Assembly (NCBI RefSeq): GCF_001194135.2
Contig: NC_068999.1
Span: 29,149,256 to 29,182,420, forward strand
Direction of reading: 5' to 3'
Source of the DNA: Octopus bimaculoides
Taxonomy: Eukaryota
DNA: 33,165 nt
Position 1 is the first letter of the stretch. The number at the start of each line of letters is the position of its first letter. A program made the translations under genes and the position numbers. Below, piece by piece: positions 21,376 to 33,165 of the stretch. The notes under the pieces were generated by a model. It had not been told where the DNA came from. It searched no databases and saw only the letters and a list, made by a program, of their open reading frames with translations.

Positions 21376-22231
21376 AGCTACAGCCTAATAACTGAAACAA
21401 TTAACAGATANNNNNNNNNNNNNNNNNNNNNNNNNNNNNNNNNNNNNNNNNNNNNNNNNNNNNNNNNNNNNNNNNNNNNNNNNNNNNNNNNNNNNNNNNN
21501 NNNNNNNNNNNNNNNNNNNNNNNNNNNNNNNNNNNNNNNNNNNNNNNNNNNNNNNNNNNNNNNNNNNNNNNNNNNNNNNNNNNNNNNNNNNNNNNNNNNN
21601 NNNNNNNNNNNNNNNNNNNNNNNNNNNNNNNNNNNNNNNNNNNNNNNNNNNNNNNNNNNNNNNNNNNNNNNNNNNNNNNNNNNNNNNNNNNNNNNNNNNN
21701 NNNNNNNNNNNNNNNNNNNNNNNNNNNNNNNNNNNNNNNNNNNNNNNNNNNNNNNNNNNNNNNNNNNNNNNNNNNNNNNNNNNNNNNNNNNNNNNNNNNN
21801 NNNNNNNNNNNNNNNNNNNNNNNNNNNNNNNNNNNNNNNNNNNNNNNNNNNNNNNNNNNNNNNNNNNNNNNNNNNNNNNNNNNNNNNNNNNNNNNNNNNN
21901 NNNNNNNNNNNNNNNNNNNNNNNNNNNNNNNNNNNNNNNNNNNNNNNNNNNNNNNNNNNNNNNNNNNNNNNNNNNNNNNNNNNNNNNNNNNNNNNNNNNN
22001 NNNNNNNNNNNNNNNNNNNNNNNNNNNNNNNNNNNNNNNNNNNNNNNNNNNNNNNNNNNNNNNNNNNNNNNNNNNNNNNNNNNNNNNNNNNNNNNNNNNN
22101 NNNNNNNNNNNNNNNNNNNNNNNNNNNNNNNNNNNNNNNNNNNNNNNNNNNNNNNNNNNNNNNNNNNNNNNNNNNNNNNNNNNNNNNNNNNNNNNNNNNN
22201 NNNNNNNNNNNNNNNNNNNNNNNNNNNNNNN

Positions 22232-22914
22232 AGTTGGATAAGTGGGTTCCACATGAACTCAATGAAAATCAGAAACAGCAACGTTTGGGACCCTGCATTA
22301 TGCTACTTTCTCATCACAAAAATGAATCATTTTTTAATCGAATTGTAACATGTGATGAGAAATGAATCCAATACAACAACCATAAACGTTCAGCACAATG
22401 ATTGGACAAAGACCAGCCACCAAAACACAGTCCAAAAAGCAAAATTCATCAAAAGAAGCTGATGGTGTGTGTTTGGCGGTCTGGCGCAGGTGTGATCCAT
22501 TATGGTTTCATTAAACCTGGCTCATCAATCACGGCCGAAGTATACTGCAGCCAAATGGACCGAACGATGCAGAAACTTGCCAAAAACAGCCTAGATTAAT
22601 CAACAGATCCACTCCTATTTTATGGCAAGACAACGCCAGACCACACATCGCAAAAATGACATTGGCGAAACTACAGAAGTTGGAGTTGGAAGTTCTCCAT
22701 CATCCACCATACTCACTTAATCTTGCCCTCATTGACCACCACTTTGGATAACTTTTTGATAGGAAAAATATTTAATTACGACAATGCTGTAAAACAGGCC
22801 TTCCAAGATTTTATTGACTCTAGATTGCCAGGTTTTTACAGCTCCGGATTGGACAAGCTACTGCTGAAGTAGCAAAAGTGTATTGACAATATGGGTGCAT
22901 ACTTTGATGAATAA
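22232..22914 (+). pseudogene. mariner (D,D34D) transposase pseudogene; 5' part in gap
   Basis: WVPHELNENQK; IVTCDEK; KKLMVCVW; QDNARPH; HPPYS; KCIDNMGAYFDE*. Confidence 0.92.
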
Positions 22915-23003
22915 AACTATTCTTTGTATTTTTAAAACATTAACAAACTATTTTTTTCTTTTCAGCAAATTTCATATATATACATACACACATTCACGCA
23001 CAC

Positions 23004-23770
<767 letters not shown>

Positions 23771-24093
23771 TAACCGAAATCCGAGTATGTGGATGTCCTA
23801 AACTGCATAATCTTTTATGGTTGTGCTTTTGAATGTTTTAATTCTTTCCGTTTCCTCGCCTACTCTTATTTCTCTGTCATCTTGGTGCAGTACGGTGGTT
23901 TAATTAAGACTTTAGCAGGTGCATGCTTTTATGCATCCTTATGCTTCGTGCAAATTTGCACTTTATAACTAAATAATGCTATTTGCCTGCGGACCACCTA
24001 TATTACTACTTTAATTTTCTTTAAATTTTATCCACAGATAATATTAACAGTAGTGACATCTTATTTCAAATCTTAGTGTTTGAATGTTTCGTT

Positions 24094-24109
24094 TACACAC
24101 ACACACACA

Positions 24110-24141
<32 letters not shown>

Positions 24142-24158
24142 TACACACACACACACAC

Positions 24159-24195
<37 letters not shown>

Positions 24196-24216
24196 CTTAT
24201 AGACATATCTTCCCGC

Positions 24217-24285
<69 letters not shown>

Positions 24286-24327
24286 TGTGTATGTATGTAT
24301 GTATGTATGTATGTATATACATATATG
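24094..24327. repeat. Compound CA/TA/CT/TATG microsatellite block
   Basis: Directly visible. Confidence 0.9.
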
Positions 24328-24526
24328 TACCAAGCTCTACATTGTCATCATAGATTATGATATTATATACATCTTTTACAAATGGATTTGGAATATTGCG
24401 CCCTGGAATATTCAACAAGGAATATCTCATCACCGAACGAATTCTATACAAGGCTGCTGCTGGAGAAAATAATCCACCTCCGGCAACAGAGAGCAGTCAC
24501 CATATTCCCTTCCATATCGCCGAACT

Positions 24527-24618
24527 CTGATGAGCGTAAGGTTATATAATCGGATTGTTACCTAACACTCCATTGTATTCTTTGCGCGAAACCGATTGGT
24601 ACAATCAGCCGTGATGGA
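24527..24618 (+). ncRNA. Degenerate hammerhead-like motif
   Basis: CTGATGA (24527), 8-bp stem II, GAAAC (24588), stem III GATTG/CAATC; triplet GCC rather than GUH; stem I not in register. Confidence 0.35.
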
Positions 24619-24757
24619 TATATAATACATTACATTTCGGATAATATATATGTGTGTGTGTGTTTGTATGTATGCATGTGTGTATGTATGTATGTATGTA
24701 TGTATGTATGTATTTAATTATGTACGCATGTATGTATATATATATATATATATATAT

Positions 24758-25150
24758 GATAAGTAGCTTGCTTACCAACCTCATGGTTCCGGGTTCATTC
24801 CCACTGCGTGGCACCTTGGGTAAGTGTCTTGTACTATGGCCTTCGGTCGACCAAAGCCTTGTGAGAGGATTTGGTAGACGGAAACTGAAAGAAGCTCGTC
24901 GTATATATGTATATATACTTGTGTGTGTGTATGTTTGTGTGTCTGTGTTTGTCCCCCCCCCCCAACATCGCTTGACAACCGATGCTGGTGTCTTTACGTC
25001 CCCGTAACTTAGCGGTTCGGCAAAAGAGACCGATAGAATAAGTAATAGGCTAACAAAGGATAAGTCCTGGGGTCGATTTGCTCGACTAAAGGCAGTGCTC
25101 CAGCATGGCCGCAGTCAAATGACTGAAACAAGTAAAAGAAATAAAAGAAA
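24758..25150 (+). mobile_element. SINE family A, head slightly truncated
   Basis: Collinear with the 11248 copy from TAAGTAGCTTGC to the AAAAGAAAT tail. Confidence 0.92.
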
Positions 25151-25164
25151 TATATATATTTATT

Positions 25165-25999
25165 TATTTATTTATTTATGTGTTTCAGCCAAGTGGCTGC
25201 GGTCATGCTGGTGCACCACCAGTTATATTTCGGGATGATCTTTTCTTTTTTGTCAAATAAACACACACACAGTATATTCGTTCTCCACTCGTTTATTACT
25301 GTTCTTGTTTTCACTCATGTCCATTGTCCGGAAATCTTTTGTCACACGTCTGTGACCTCTTCAACGACACTTTACGTCTTCGTGTATCCTCCTACTTTGC
25401 TTAATCCATCCTGTTCTTCTATGATGTGTGTCCTTACATGCACATGCGTTTATGTCTGTATCTGTGTTTGTGTGTGCATGTGTGTGTGTTGTTTGTATCT
25501 GTGCCTTTTATATATAGCTTTTGATTTTGTTTTTGTTTACTTATTTATCTCTATTTCTTATATTTATCATAGGTACGTGCATGTTGTTTTGTGTGTATGT
25601 ATTACATTGTTTATACTTGTTACTCCCCTCCCCCATCTTCTTCAATCGTTGTGTTGTGTGGTGGTTGTGGGTATTATTGTTCCGTTCCTGTTTTCTGTTG
25701 AGGATCGATCGGTCTGTCTATTACTATGCCTTTATAATCTGTCTAAATGTGTCAGTTCTATGCGCTGATAATAGCTTAATCTCTATGTTACTAACCGAGC
25801 CTCTATGTTCTACTTATGCATGTTGGTAGATCACTGATGAGTCTTTCTTCTCTTTGAGCTCCCGCCAGTGTTAGCCTATTCGTTCCTTTATGCTGCGTAC
25901 TGTCTCTGCAATGTAAGTTGTTGTCCAGTTTTTGCACCATCCCTCAGTACACCGTAAGCTATAGATTATATTCCTAATCTTACAGTTAACCTGTGGGTC
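25165..25999 (-). mobile_element. Penelope-like element 3' fragment: GIY-YIG endonuclease remnant, 3' region with a hammerhead-like motif and a SINE-like tail
   Basis: One minus frame from 25999: VNCKIRNIIYSLRCTEGWCKN..TTYIAETVRSIKERIG*HWRE..SSVIYQHA*VEHRG..RQIIKA..ILNRKQE (to ~25676). Including 25165-25675 in the same element is inference. Confidence 0.7.
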
Positions 26000-26330
26000 C
26001 ATGATACATACTATATATATATATATATATNNNNNNNNNNNNNNNNNNNNNNNNNNNNNNNNNNNNNNNNNNNNNNNNNNNNNNNNNNNNNNNNNNNNNN
26101 NNNNNNNNNNNNNNNNNNNNNNNNNNNNNNNNNNNNNNNNNNNNNNNNNNNNNNNNNNNNNNNNNNNNNNNNNNNNNNNNNNNNNNNNNNNNNNNNNNNN
26201 NNNNNNNNNNNNNNNNNNNNNNNNNNNNNNNNNNNNNNNNNNNNNNNNNNNNNNNNNNNNNNNNNNNNNNNNNNNNNNNNNNNNNNNNNNNNNNNNNNNN
26301 NNNNNNNNNNNNNNNNNNNNNNNNNNNNNN

Positions 26331-26651
26331 GATCCACTATAGCCAAATTTAAATTAAACTGCAATAGAACTTTTCCCACGGTGGAACAATGGTTTTTCTC
26401 TGACAGCAGTTTTATATTTTCCAGATGCCTTTAGCTAGGCCGAAATAATGTCTTCACCACTTGACCCTTTCTAACCTCTTCTATTCTACCAAAAGCTAGA
26501 ATAGAGATAACAAGACCACCAACTAAATCTATTGTTCTCAATGATATGTCTATCCTTCTAGATAGTTATAAAAACAAGAAACCCCAAGCAAAATCGAGGT
26601 AGTCACTTGGCGACAACAGAGCGAGGCAGCTCGTGACAACTCAATTAGTTA
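26331..26651 (+). repeat. Left arm of a long inverted repeat (outer end in gap)
   Basis: Reverse complement of 30677-30993, with ~8-9 substitutions and one small indel by eye. Confidence 0.95.
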
Positions 26652-26910
26652 GGGAACGGACTGCTATATAATCTTGACCACAATGAATGCAGCTACTAAG
26701 AAAATAGTCAGCGAGAGAAATGAAGTTTACTGTCAGCAACTGTGAAACAACGTCCCACACCCTACAACTCATACTAGCTCTGATTCTATTCTCTTACAAC
26801 ACCACTATCTCTCTCTGTGGATTACTACTAAACAATGAAGAGGACACAAACACAAGCTTTACTTCTCATGTTTACGGATCTATTATGGCCTGCCCGTCGT
26901 GGTAAGGTAT

Positions 26911-27011
26911 TGTAACGTAACGGTAAATAAATATTTTCGTAAAACTTCATGCCTTGTTCATCTTTCGCATCTTACAACATGCAATTATAACAACAAATCT
27001 TAACCGTTACA
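26911..27011 (+). repeat. 5' LTR (101 bp)
   Basis: TGTAACG...CGTTACA terminal inverted 7-mers, internal AATAAA, followed after 2 nt by the PBS. Confidence 0.7.
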
Positions 27012-27013
27012 AT

Positions 27014-27024
27014 TGGTGACCCCG
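27014..27024 (+). promoter_or_regulatory. Primer-binding site complementary to the tRNA-Trp 3' end (second copy at 27070-27080)
   Basis: TGGTGACCCCG, complementary to eukaryotic tRNA-Trp ...GGGGUCACCA. Confidence 0.8.
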
Positions 27025-27115
27025 TGAAAATAAGAATCACTGCCTTCTGAAGCTACATTACCAACAACTTGGTGACCCCGTGTAAAGAGAAATTACCACC
27101 TCCTTTTTATTATAT

Positions 27116-27960
27116 ATGCACTTTCCGGAGCAAGACACGCCTGTATCCTCTTCTTCTATTGACATGGCACTGCCTCAGGCCGCAATTTCCATAAAAGTGC
27201 CATCCTTCTGGTCTTTCGATCCGGCCCTCTGGTTTGCCCACGTCGAGGCTCAGGTTGCTGCGAATAGAATGACGAGCGACGCAGCGAAATTAACGCACTT
27301 AATCGGTGCCCTTTCACCTGAAATAATGATGGAGGTCAGGGACTTGATTATGGCCCCACCAGGTTCCGTGTCTTACAACACTTTTAAGACTGAGCTCATA
27401 AAAAGGACCTCTGACTCGTAACAGCGGCGACTGCACCAACTTTTAATTTCCGAAGAGCTGGGTGATACAACTCCGTCTCAATTATTACGATGGATGAAGC
27501 AACTGCTAGGTGATCACACTTTGCCAGACGAGATATTCAAACAAATATTTCTGAAACGTCTGCCTGCCAACACACAAGTAATACTGGCATCTACAAAAGA
27601 ATCGGCTTCTCTCGATGAACTGGCCGAGATAGCGGATCGAATCGCTGAGGCAGCCAACCCCTTCTCGACAATGGCGCCAAATATCTTCCACCAATCCTTT
27701 TGCTGCTTCTTCAGATTCTTCGGAACTGCTGGAACTATGTGCACTCCTGGCTCAACAGGCAGCTCAGATTCAAACACTCTCGGCGTAACTGCAAGGGCTG
27801 ACATGTCGCAGCCGCTCACTGCACAAGAACAACCAACCTCGACGATTTCATAGAAGACGTTCGAGGAGCCCTTGCGTCACTCTGCAATTTCCTCGGTTTT
27901 GCTTTTTCCACAGGAAATACGGCAAAAACGCGCTTTCCTGCAGGCCACCCTGTTCCTTCC
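27116..27960 (+). pseudogene. gag: Gypsy gag pseudogene
   Basis: VPSFWSFDPALWFAHVEAQ; EELGDTTPSQLLR; Cx2Hx9Cx3C (CFFHRKYGKNALSCRPPC, 27900-27953); stop at 27419 and frameshifts. Confidence 0.88.
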
Positions 27961-28039
27961 ACAGTCATACTCCTGCTGGTTCGGAAAACGACCAAGCCAG
28001 GTTGTAGGGGCGATGGTCGCTCCTGGCTCAGGTAAACAA

Positions 28040-30676
28040 AGTCGCCTTTTCTTCGTTATGGATCGTACTACAGGTACCCGTTTTCTCGTGGACACTGGGG
28101 CTGAAGTTAGCATCATCTCCATCTCACTAACCTCGGGACACAGAAAATAATCGCCGACTTTTCTTCAGGCTGTTAATCAATCGCCCATCCAGACTTTTGG
28201 CGAGCAATCCCTCACGTTAAATTTAGGCCTTCGTCGCGCTTTCCAGTGGATTTTCGTCGTAGCAAACTTACCCACTCCTATCATAGGTGCTGATTTTTTA
28301 CATCACTTCAACCTTCCGGTCGACGTCAAGAAACATAGACTCGTCGATACAACAACTGACCTCACTGTACGTGGTATAACCGCACGTATGTCCACAGTAG
28401 GTTCAGTCATGTTACGTACAGTGACCAGCCGATACGAAGCGCTCTTCCGTAAATATCTGGACATCACTCGACCACTGTTCAAACACAAGGACGTCAAGCA
28501 CGGGACTACGCACCACATGGAATCCACCAGCCCACCTGTTGCCTCGCGACCGCGAAGACTGCCTCCAGGCCGCCTGCGGGTCGCTAAACAAGAATTTCAG
28601 CATATGATAGATCTGGGGATCATTCGACCATCCAGCAGCAGTTGATCCAGTCCGCTATATTTGGTACCTAAGAAAGAGACGAACAGCTGGTGTCCATGCG
28701 GAGACTTCAGAGCCCTTAACAAAGCTACAGTAGCTGACACCTATCCCATACCATACTTGCAGGATTTTTTCTGCTTCGCTGAACGGAGCACAGATTTTTT
28801 TCTAAAATCGACCTAGTGCGGGCCTATAACTAGATACCCGTCGAACCTGCCGATGTTCCAAAAACGGCAATTGCCACGCCCTTCGGGCTATTCGAGTTTT
28901 TGCGATGCCCTTCGGTCTCCGTAACGCAGCGCAGACATTCCAGCGCTTTATGGATACCGTAACTAGGGGCTTACCGTTCGTGTATGCGTACATCGACGAT
29001 ATATTGGTAGCAAGTAAATCCGAAGCCGAACATGAAAAGCATTTAGATCAACTATTCCAGCGGTTGGCTGACTACGGTATCGTAATCAACACCAGTAAAT
29101 GTATTTTTGTTGCCTCGTCTCTGCCTTTCCTCGGCCATATCGTTGACAGGGACGGAATCCGGCCCCTACCCAAAAAGATGGAGGTGATAGTCGATTTCCC
29201 TATTTCTACGTCACTTCGGAAACTCCGCGAATATTTAGGACTGATTAACTTCTACCGGCGTTTCTTACCACACTGCGCCGAGGTAGCTCAACCACTTACT
29301 GATGTCCTGCGCAACAAAAGAAAGAAGAGACAGGCTATAACGTCAGGCGACGAAGAGCTGGCCTCTTTTAATAAACTAAAAGATATGCTAGCTAAGGCTA
29401 GAAATAAGACTGCCATTCTCCTAGAGAAGTCCGTCACCTCGACTTCATCGCCCAATATTCCACAGATATTCGGCATATCAAAGGATCCGACAATACAGCA
29501 GCAGACGAGCTTTCACGCGTCCATCTTAACGCTCTGCACGCTCCAGAGACCATCGATCTCGAGCTGATCGTGGCAGATCAGGAAAACGACGAAGAGCTTA
29601 GTAGGCTACGGAATTCGTCGTCCGTCAAATTCCAGCTGTTCCCATTATCTTCTTCTACCTCTCATATATGATGCGATACCTCCACTGGCCACGAACGTCC
29701 TTACGTCCCCGAACAACACCGACGACGTNNNNNNNNNNNNNNNNNNNNNNNNNNNNNNNNNNNNNNNNNNNNNNNNNNNNNNNNNNNNNNNNNNNNNNNN
29801 NNNNNNNNNNNNNNNNNNNNNNNNNNNNNNNNNNNNNNNNNNNNNNNNNNNNNNNNNNNNNNNAAAGGCGAAAATACAGCGACGTGTAAAATCGCCTCTC
29901 GGCACTTTCACAACACCGGACACACGTTTTCAACACATCCACTTGGATATAGTCGGACCTCTACCACCATCTCAAAACTATACGCATCTGCTAATCTGCA
30001 TCGACCGCTTTTCTCGATGGCCCGAGGTTTTCCCTCTGTCCGATACTTCAGCGGAAACCGTTGATAAAACGCTGATATCACACTGGGTATCGCGTTTTGG
30101 TGTACCCGCGACCATCACGACAGACAGAGGACGGCAATTCGATTCGCGCCTTTTCAGTGAACTCACGTGCCTGATTGGTTCCAAGCACTGCCGCACAACA
30201 GCGTATCATCCAGCGGCAAACGGCATGGTAGAGAGATTCCACAGGCAACTCAAATCAGCCATACGTACATGTCCAGATATAACCAACTGGATGGAATTCC
30301 TTCCTCTTATTCTACTCGGTATCCGTATATCTGTTAAGGACAACATCGGTCACTTTCCAGCTGAGCTAGTTTACGGCACCACTCTGGCCCTACCTGAGCA
30401 AATGATTGCTCCAGTTCCTCCAAGGGATATTCTTGATCCTACATTTTATGTACATCGTCTCCGCACACATATGTCCCATCTCTCACCTAACGCACCCCGT
30501 TAGCAGAAAACCGACACTTATGTTCCCTCGGACATTAACCAATGGACGCACGTTTTTATCCGGAACGATAGAATACCATCGCAAATCCATCCACCGTATT
30601 CTGGACCCTACAGAGTACTACAGAGAAGGGAAAAATACTTCGTCGTCGACATAAATGGCAAGTCAAATACTATTAT
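28040..30676 (+). pseudogene. pol: Gypsy pol pseudogene (PR-RT-[RH]-IN)
   Basis: FLVDTGAEVS (28091); PFGLRNAAQTFQR; YIDD (28989-29000); RNase H largely deleted near 29400; [29 protein letters not shown]; truncated at 30676. Confidence 0.92.
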
Positions 30677-30993
30677 TAACTAATTGAGTTGTCACGAGCT
30701 GCCTCGCTCTGTTGTCGCCAAATGACTACTTAAATTTTGTTTGGGGTTTCTTGTTTTTATAACTATCTAGGAGGTTAGACATATCATTGAGAACAATAGA
30801 TTTAGTTGGTGGTCTTGTTATCTCTATTCTAGCTTTTGGTAGAATAGAAGAGGTTAGAAAGGGTCAAGTGGTGAAGACATTATTTCGGCCTAGCTAAAGG
30901 CATCTGGAAAATATAAAACTGCTGTCAGAGAAAAACCATTGTTCCACCGTGGGAAAACATTGCAGTTTAAATTAAATTTGGCTATAGTGGATC
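30677..30993 (-). repeat. Right arm of the long inverted repeat (extends to ~31025 with no visible partner)
   Basis: See left arm; it directly truncates the Gypsy integrase C-terminus. Confidence 0.95.
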
Positions 30994-31877
30994 GAATCCA
31001 CTTCATGTATGCAAGATTCTCTGCATATATATATATATATATANNNNNNNNNNNNNNNNNNNNNNNNNNNNNNNNNNNNNNNNNNNNNNNNNNNNNNNNN
31101 NNNNNNNNNNNNNNNNNNNNNNNNNNNNNNNNNNNNNNNNNNNNNNNNNNNNNNNNNNNNNNNNNNNNNNNNNNNNNNNNNNNNNNNNNNNNNNNNNNNN
31201 NNNNNNNNNNNNNNNNNNNNNNNNNNNNNNNNNNNNNNNNNNNNNNNNNNNNNNNNNNNNNNNNNNNNNNNNNNNNNNNNNNNNNNNNNNNNNNNNNNNN
31301 NNNNNNNNNNNNNNNNNNNNNNNNNNNNNNNNNNNNNNNNNNNNNNNNNNNNNNNNNNNNNNNNNNNNNNNNNNNNNNNNNNNNNNNNNNNNNNNNNNNN
31401 NNNNNNNNNNNNNNNNNNNNNNNNNNNNNNNNNNNNNNNNNNNNNNNNNNNNNNNNNNNNNNNNNNNNNNNNNNNNNNNNNNNNNNNNNNNNNNNNNNNN
31501 NNNNNNNNNNNNNNNNNNNNNNNNNNNNNNNNNNNNNNNNNNNNNNNNNNNNNNNNNNNNNNNNNNNNNNNNNNNNNNNNNNNNNNNNNNNNNNNNNNNN
31601 NNNNNNNNNNNNNNNNNNNNNNNNNNNNNNNNNNNNNNNNNNNNNNNNNNNNNNNNNNNNNNNNNNNNNNNNNNNNNNNNNNNNNNNNNNNNNNNNNNNN
31701 NNNNNNNNNNNNNNNNNNNNNNNNNNNNNNNNNNNNNNNNNNNNNNNNNNNNNNNNNNNNNNNNNNNNNNNNNNNNNNNNNNNNNNNNNNNNNNNNNNNN
31801 NNNNNNNNNNNNNNNNNNNNNNNNNNNNNNNNNNNNNNNNNNNNNNNNNNNNNNNNNNNNNNNNNNNNNNNNNNNNN

Positions 31878-32163
31878 TTGTGAGTGGATTTGGTAGACGG
31901 AAACTGAAAGAAGCCCGTCGTATATATGTATATATATATATGTTTGTGTGTGTGTGTGTATGCTTGTGTGTTTGTTCCCCCCCCCCCAACATCACTTGAT
32001 AACTGATGCTGGTTTGTTTACGTCCCCGTAACTTGACGGTTCGGCAAAAGAGACCGATAGAATAAGTACTAGGCTTACAAAGAATAAGTCCTGAGGTCGT
32101 TTAGCTCGACTAAAAGGCGGTGCTCCAGAATGGCCACAGTCAAATGACTGAAACAAGTAAAAG
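31878..32163 (+). mobile_element. SINE family A (head in gap)
   Basis: TTGTGAGTGGATTTGGTAGACGG...CAGTCAAATGACTGAAACAAGTAAAAG. Confidence 0.9.
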
Positions 32164-32367
32164 AGATATGCGCCATCGCGTGTGTGTATACAGTGGAGAA
32201 GAGGAAAAGAAGAAGAAGGAGAAGGAAGGGCGAGGAGAAGGAAGAAGCAACAGAAGATTGATATGAATGATTTGAAAACAAAGCAGTGAATAAACAATCG
32301 CAGTGATAAACATCATTAGAAGAGAAACATTAGACACCAACTGACACTCTTTATGATGATTTATCAT

Positions 32368-32503
<136 letters not shown>

Positions 32504-32684
32504 GAACTCCTTCCCTCTCTTCTCTGTACTCTCCTCTCTTTCATTCCTCCATGATTCCCTTTCACTTGTGCAGAAAAAAAAAAGGAAAAATTACCACTGA
32601 GAGTACTATTCAAATTCTTGCATCTTTTAATATATAATATTTTCATATTGAAGCATTTATCAATTAGATTACTGAATTTGGTGG

Positions 32685-32830
32685 AGCAGGGGTGGAAATG
32701 TTGGTATTTAGTTACATCCCTTTACATTCTAAGTTTAAATACCATCAAATCAATTTTTTTTTTCACGCACTTATGCTTAGTTGATAACTAAGTACTGGAT
32801 TTGATGTAATCAACTATTTCTTTCACAAAG
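32685..32830 (+). mobile_element. Decayed copy of a third SINE-like family
   Basis: TTACATTCTAAGTTTAAAT (B-box-like) and AAGTACTGGATTTGATGTAATCAACT; recognised from memory only, no second copy in the window. Confidence 0.35.
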
Positions 32831-32837
32831 TACTTAT

Positions 32838-32953
32838 TGTTTGTAAGCCTAGTACTTATTCTATTGGACTCTTATGTCGAATCATTAGGTCGCGTGGGCG
32901 TAAACACACCAACATTGGTTGTCAAACATAGACACAAAGACATACGCACGTAA

Positions 32954-32993
<40 letters not shown>

Positions 32994-33154
32994 CGGGCTT
33001 CTTTCAGATTCCGTCTACCAAATCCACTCGCAAGGCTTTGGTCAGCCCGAGGCTATAGTAGAAGATACTTGCCCAAGATGCCACGCAGTGGGATTGAACC
33101 CAGAACCATGTGGTTGGGAAGCAAGCTTCTTACCACACAACCACGCCTGCGCCT
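32838..33154 (-). mobile_element. SINE family A, extreme 3' tail missing
   Basis: Reverse complement of the family from AAGCCTAGTACTTATTC to CCTGCGCCT, followed by (TA)n. Confidence 0.9.
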
Positions 33155-33165
33155 ATATATATATA

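Larger units (their letters stand above)
26911..30676 (+). mobile_element. Gypsy LTR retrotransposon (CsRn1-like clade), decayed, 3' LTR missing
   Basis: Short 5' LTR, tRNA-Trp PBS, gag with CHCC motif, then PR, RT, partly deleted RNase H and integrase. Confidence 0.9.

Noticed and set aside
25178-25768. 196-aa hydrophobic ORF
   Set aside because: Antisense of a PLE 3' region and TG-rich low-complexity sequence.

Overview
This is AT-rich, microsatellite-dense, gapped eukaryotic DNA. The recurring tRNA-head SINE and the compound (TA)/(CA)/(TACA)/(GATA) arrays look like an Octopus-type cephalopod draft assembly (inference from family recognition). I found no convincing intact host gene, rRNA, tRNA or CRISPR array; most long ORFs in the track are N-gap or microsatellite artefacts. 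The window is a stack of decayed transposons. DNA elements: a Chapaev3-like element (1353-3833), an IR/DR Tc1 (18652-20349) and a mariner (22232-22914). Non-LTR fragments: one L1/Tx1, one HERO-like, three RTE and three R4/Dong-like. There are also three Penelope-like GIY-YIG remnants, a CsRn1-type Gypsy with a tRNA-Trp PBS, a probable solo LTR and about ten copies or fragments of one SINE. Most notable: (i) a Penelope-like 3' end terminating in a structurally covarying homolog of the SINE 3' tail; (ii) a 3'-truncated Gypsy bracketed by ~320-bp inverted repeats; (iii) all three R4/Dong fragments abutting (TACA)n at their 5' junction; (iv) a structured RTE 5'UTR that may be a ribozyme; (v) three hammerhead-like motifs.
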